64,000 nucleotides of DNA, from the NCBI GenBank assembly GCA_051294375.1, contig CM119268.1, positions 6,519,232 to 6,583,231 on the forward strand, read 5' to 3'. The stretch is from Paraspadella gotoi. Its lineage: Eukaryota > Animalia > Chaetognatha. Within the stretch, counting starts at the first letter, position 1. Each line of letters opens with the position of its first letter. The translations under genes were made by a program, and so were the position numbers. The notes beneath the pieces are model-generated. The model was not told the origin of the DNA, made no database searches, and was given only the letters and a program-made list of their open reading frames with translations. This document shows positions 53,002-64,000 of the stretch, piece after piece.

Positions 53002-56000
53002 ATGGCGTCTTTTTCTGGCGGCGGAAGAATCAGGATCGAAGAACCGGAAGTGACGTCGACGAGAAAATGCAGGCGAGTGAAGCCAACAACAACAACAACC
53101 ACGAAAGGTTTTAAACAAATCCCCCCCCTCCAACCCAACCCCCCCCAGCCCCCCGCCCTCCGACGTACCCCCAGGGATCGCCGAGTCCCCCTACGCGGGA
53201 ATGACGAAAGCCGAAGTCGAGTTTTACTCCGACACGAAATTTTTCGATCGCCTGAGGAAGATTCTATTGTCGTTGTTGTTGTTGTCGTGGATCGCCATGA
53301 TCGCCGCCGTCATAGGTGAGGGTTATGACTTTGTTTTTTTGTATTATATTTAAAAAAATTAACTAATTAAGTTATACTAATTTTAAAATTAGAACAACCA
53401 ATATAAAATTATCCATTCATCCGTTTATTCCTGACTTGGGTGATGCTATGGTGGGTTTAAGGTCTCAATCCCTCTTACAAGACAATAAAATAGCTAATCT
53501 TAGGAATGAGAACATCTCGCTCAAATTGAGCCTTACCCTCCTTACCTCCCGCGAAGGCATCACCGTCGTCTTTCCTCGCTGCTCACCTCCTCCTCACCTT
53601 CACTGGTGGCAGAGTTACGTCTACGTCGACCTCACCAATGTCCAACCAAGTAATCAAAAAATTGAAATGAAAAAGTAAAAGAAAAAGAAAGAGAAAGAGA
53701 GAGTTATTTTACCGTGGTTCGCAATTGACAAAGAATAGAACATTTCTAAAAAGGGTCTAGAAATTACGCAAGAATTTAAAAACACGATAAAAGACAGCGT
53801 AAATTCTATTTAAATCGCTTATAAATATGAGATGATCCACTAGGCACTATATTTCTTCCATTGGAGAACCTGATCTAAACAGAAGCCCCCGTCCGGTGGT
53901 CATTGTGAGCCTGGCTGCCCGAAAATCCTTTGGCGGAGTTTAACTCATCTCTTACTCAGACTCAGGTGAAACTTACCTCGAGGCGGTCGGACGCGTCGTA
54001 GACGGCTTGAGCGAATTGGAAGGCAACGCCATCGTCATCAAGGATCTGCAGGAAAACGCAAAGGACCCGTCGTCGATTGACCCTCAACTCGGCAATGAGG
54101 AGCAATGGCAAGAGGAAAGTTAAATCCACTTCCGCTGCAGGTGGAATTAAATTTAAAGATACAATTATGATAAAACTTTTTTCAATTATTTTTTTTTCGC
54201 AGATCTCCCGAATCGCTTCCTCCAAAAAAATCCAACTAGTGATGCCTTTTAACGTCAACGACCGCAGCGCGACTTCTGATTGGTTCAAAACCGACCTATC
54301 AGATTTCTTGTGGGAAAACTGCGCGGCGGGAACGCCCAACGATTGGAAACGTAAAGACGGGGCTTCAATGTGGACTCCGGGTCAAGGTACGTACGACGAA
54401 TAAGACGCTCCAACTATACGACATTGGACTTTTAAAATTGAAAGTAAATCCAAGTTAAAGAATATTATAGGTATTAACATGAACATTTTTGTTTAGCAGG
54501 AGCCAACGACCAATGTTTCTTGTCGCAGACGGGATTTGGACGAGCGGATCTAAACTTGCGCAACAACGACGTCAGCGCGAAATTGATTCAAGGTTTTCGG
54601 ACGCAGTTTGCATTCTTATCACGTCAAATGTTGCGTCATTGCGCATTGCTCTAACGCTTCTTCTCCGAACCCAATAGTTCCGGGTTCTAGCCCCGCTACC
54701 GAAGTTCAGGAGACAAGGAGACAAACGGGAAAATCTCCCAGACTCGCTGGACAAACTAATTGTGGAGGCTGTCCGGGCTATCCCCACCGTCTGAGGGGGC
54801 GTCTCCTCTCGGGCACTTCAACTTTTTAAAGATATAAACAAATTATTAAAATTTTTTTGACAATTACCTCGAAATTTTTGCAGGAATAAAAAGTTGGGTG
54901 GATCGTGGAATCAAAGGCTTCATCTTCTCCAAACTCGATTTGGGATTCGAAGATTACGAGTTGCGCAACATCGACAACAACAACAACAACCACAGTAGCA
55001 ACAAGACGTTCATGATGCTGGAGGACATGATCCTGTTGTCCGGTTTGAGTCACTTGGTTCCTCATGGCGACGATAACAACGACACTCTCGTCGCCATGGT
55101 GATTCTGAATTTTTCAAAGTGCTAGTAGTAATTTTTATATTAATGGATTTTAATTAAATTATGATAAACTTTAAACAATTTTAAAAAGGACTTGGAACTC
55201 GGAGCTCCGATCGGACCTGAACTACACGATTTCGGCGCCGACATAATTTTTCCGCGTCTCGACAAAGTCAACAACAACAACAACAATAAAATTACACAGA
55301 AAACGTAAGAAAACAAACAAAGTTGTTACTAGTGGCGTTGATTGTGAAAAGGCTGAAATGGCTCACATGGCCCAATGGCCCATGAGGATTTTAAAGTAGT
55401 TAAACGGAAAAATATTAAAAAAGTACTTAAATGAAGAAAGAGTATAATCATTACCTGTTAGTTTATAAACAGTTCATTAATAAGCTTCGCATCAGGCTGT
55501 ATCACCATGCTCATTGCTCAATGAGCATTGCTCACAAGCGCCCCGTCCCATTTAATTGCTCCGTGGCCACCGGGCTAGAACCTTGGACCTTTGAGTTTGA
55601 GGCCTGACTTGCCTCGGGCGTAGAATAGATATTAATCTGCTAAAATTATAATTCATAAATCCGATGATACTCGGAAATTAAATTTTAAAAAAATATTCAT
55701 GAAAAAACGAAAATATATTTATTATTTAACCCTCGCCTTTCGTCCTTCTTTGATATTTTTCCTTCTTTTTTCCTCCGGGGGCCAAAAAGTTTGGGCGACT
55801 TGAAAAAGGATCTGGTCGGAGCCGCGGGGTCGATGGAGATGGACTGGCCCGTTTTCTGGAGGCTGTTGAGGGTTGGACAGACCGACCAAGAAGCATTCTC
55901 CGCTGAGGGAAGAGATGGAGGTGATTGAACTCGATTGATTGATTGGATTGACTGATTGATTGATTAGATTAATAGTTTATTTGTTTCCTTTGTTCATTTA

Positions 56001-57468
56001 TATAATAATTAAATTGATTTTTTTGTATTATTAATTTATTGACTGATTATTTGATTGATTGTTAATATTAATTCAAAGATCGTAGGATTATTTGGTCGAT
56101 TATGTTGATCGATCGATAGATTTGATCAATAAAATGATTGTTAGATTTATTTTTTTTGCATAATTTAATTTTTGCTCCATAGATCGAACGATTGAAAAAA
56201 TTAATCGGTTTATTGAGTAATTTGATTTATAAATGATCGATAAATCATCACCGATTGATTGATTGATTGATTGATAAATTGATTTTATTCGATCCGATCG
56301 ATCCGATTTCAGAGCTCGCCCTCGTCTCCGCACTCCTCTTCCTCGGCTCCCCCGTTATGGACGTCTCCGTCCTCTTCTCCAACTCGACGGGGCGATTGGC
56401 GCGTCGTCTGCTCGAGATGAGGAGAGAGGAGGCCTTTTGGTTGGGGGATTATCACGTGACCGAGACGGAAGGGGGAAGGTGAGGGGTTTTTTTTTATTCT
56501 AGGGGGAGGGAGGTGAATGGGGGAAATGTGGGGAAGGGGGAGTAAGAGTGAAAAAGTAAGAGTATTGGGATAATCTTTTAAAGGAAGAAAGATGTATTCT
56601 TTAGCAACAGCCGGGTTGCGTGGGATGCCCATTGGGACGGGGCATCTCACTGTTGGGTTTGGGAGCTTCAGACCCGCAGTGACGCCTCTAGTCACTGGCG
56701 GGGTTACCCGAGGACGGTCTCGCTTTGCCAACGCAGAGGGAAGTCGTTAGGACTGTGGAATCCACAGTGTGGATGGAACGCAACGCTTGGGATGGTGTAT
56801 TCCCCTTCTGAGCCAATGGTATTGACTGAACGATGGTGGACGTGAGGCGGTGTGAATATACCGCCACAATTCAAAGTTAAGTGCCATTTAATATAACAGC
56901 ATGAATAATTGAATAAATGAATTCAGTATTTTTAAAGGCTGAATCGTTTTTTAGCCGTTCAATAAAGTTTAAAAAATATTGGGAGAAATTATAAATAAGT
57001 TATTTATTTATTTTTATTAGTAGTAAGCAAAAATTTCGAAAGCGACAACTTAAAGAAACAGCAACAAACAAAATAAAATCAAAATATACTTTAAAAATCG
57101 ACGCCGGTTTTCTTTTTTCCACAGAGACGCCGACGTCGTCCTCTTCCAACGACGGCGCGACGGAACGCCGCCATATTTGGTGGCGCTTAATCTCGGAACC
57201 GGCGGCGCTGTCGTCGACGCCCTCGGCGCGAAATGGGACCCCGGCGTCAGGTACGGCTACTTTTTTGTACCTTTTATTTATGACTGTGGAATAGATTCGG
57301 CGTAATCGATCGTATCAACGCAGGATTCCCAACGCGGCACAGGTTGTCATGGCGACCGGAGAAACCGTGACAGCTGAAGACGAGAAGACGGAATATCTCT
57401 CAGATTTCGGTTTGGGACCGAAATCATTCAAGATTTTTAAGTGGAAGACTCAAGTTAAAGAACTGTGA
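53002..57468 (+). CDS. SLC3-family amino-acid transporter heavy chain (4F2hc/CD98hc/rBAT-like; type II membrane protein with non-catalytic GH13 ectodomain)
   Basis: Exons 53002-53107, 53175-53315, 53557-53649, 53960-54114, 54203-~54386 and on to the stop at 57468. [50 protein letters not shown]...HWWQ matches the SLC3 N-terminus, TM segment and bridging Cys. IDPQLG, DLNLRN and WVDRGIKGFIFS are amylase-like; the nucleophile Asp is absent. Confidence 0.88.
53044..53057. promoter_or_regulatory. Composite ETS-CRE motif CCGGAAGTGACGTC at the head-to-head pum / SLC3 junction
   Basis: Exact motif seen; YY1-like aatatggcg at ~52999; lies between divergently oriented genes. Confidence 0.4.
54640..54825 (+). 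mobile_element. SINE-like repeat in SLC3 intron
   Basis: ccgggttctagcccc B-box variant; body similar to the reverse complement of 38470-38570; a further head fragment lies on - at ~55560-55620. Confidence 0.55.
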
Positions 57469-58113
57469 CGGTTTACCTTTAATTACATTTTTGCAATTTC
57501 CTAGAAACTGGCACTTTTTGACTTAATTAGTTGTTAACCTCCTTAAAATATGCATAATAATAAATAAATTAATTAATTATTACCTAAACCAAAGCGAAAA
57601 ATAATAAACGTGAAAAAATTCATGGTATACTTTTACTGAACGAGAGTTTCGATACAAAATAAAAATTCAACAAGCATGAACAGTATAAATTCGCGAATAT
57701 GGCATCAGCAATCACATGCGTCGATATTTTTTAGTAATGTACTATTAAGTCGAATATTATTAACAATATAACGAAATAAAATCCGCTCAACCTTCCGCTT
57801 ACTAACAAAGATCGAATATGAAAAGCGTAAACTGTTTATTTATCAATGAATCGTTAATAACATACAAAATTAAAAAAAAAAAAAGAATAAAATTGTTTTC
57901 ATTTCGACGTCTGCCTCATTTGAATCCGCCACCCATCGCGCCCACTTTTGGCGCTCTCATCCAAAAGTAAGGATCTTCAGCCTGACGTCTTTTGTTTTCC
58001 TTTTTGTTTCTGGTGAAGACGTCGTCGATAGGTGGCAGGGTTTCGATGAGGCTGGGCTCTGTCGGCCCGTAGACGCCGAGCGGCCGACGCCGACCCATCG
58101 GCGCCGCGCTACC

Positions 58114-63760
<5,647 letters not shown>

Positions 63761-64000
63761 GGTGCTTGTTTTCCCTTTCGTTTCCTACGTCATTTTTCGT
63801 CCACGAAAACGAAGTAAGTCGAAAATTCTTCCTAAAATTTAAAAGTAAAAAGATTTAGAAACAAAAAGGGAAAAAGTTTATAAGACATGCAACACTTTCT
63901 TGGGCCCTTTCCTCCCGCACTCCTACATAGCCAAAAGTTAAAATGTAATTGATTTATTAAAATATCAAATTCAAACGCCTTCCAAAGAATCAAAACGGCC

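Noticed and set aside
54884-54960. Active alpha-glucosidase/maltase
   Set aside because: The catalytic GFRxD is replaced by GFIFS, and the N-terminal TM-Cys-WW signature identifies a non-catalytic SLC3 chain.

Overview
Eukaryotic (animal, probably invertebrate) genomic DNA with AT-rich, microsatellite-laden introns, GC-rich exons, N-gaps and many indel-type errors. Seven spliced protein-coding genes can be rebuilt by hand. (1) An IRF2BP/Pits-family zinc-finger co-repressor on -, exons 1-3 only, running off the left edge. (2) A small SH3-(Gly-rich)-SH2-like adaptor on -, whose SH2 lacks the phosphotyrosine-binding Arg. (3) EndoU on -. (4) A divergent TSPO/TspO on +. (5) Pumilio on -, with an enlarged repeat 7-8 loop. 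(6) An SLC3/CD98hc-like heavy chain on +, with one apparent GA-AG intron. (7) PPP1R42/LRRC67 on -. The first 25 kb is dominated by nested fold-back inverted duplications (arms of about 2 kb, 9 kb and 0.2 kb). The two large ones are hinged on opposing CT/GA microsatellites and duplicate IRF2BP exons on the opposite strand; they are most likely amplification or long-read chimeras. tRNA-derived SINEs, MITE-like inverted repeats and a Helentron-type (HINE/DINE-1-like) end are also present. I see no prokaryote-style system. All homology calls come from recalled motifs, not database searches.
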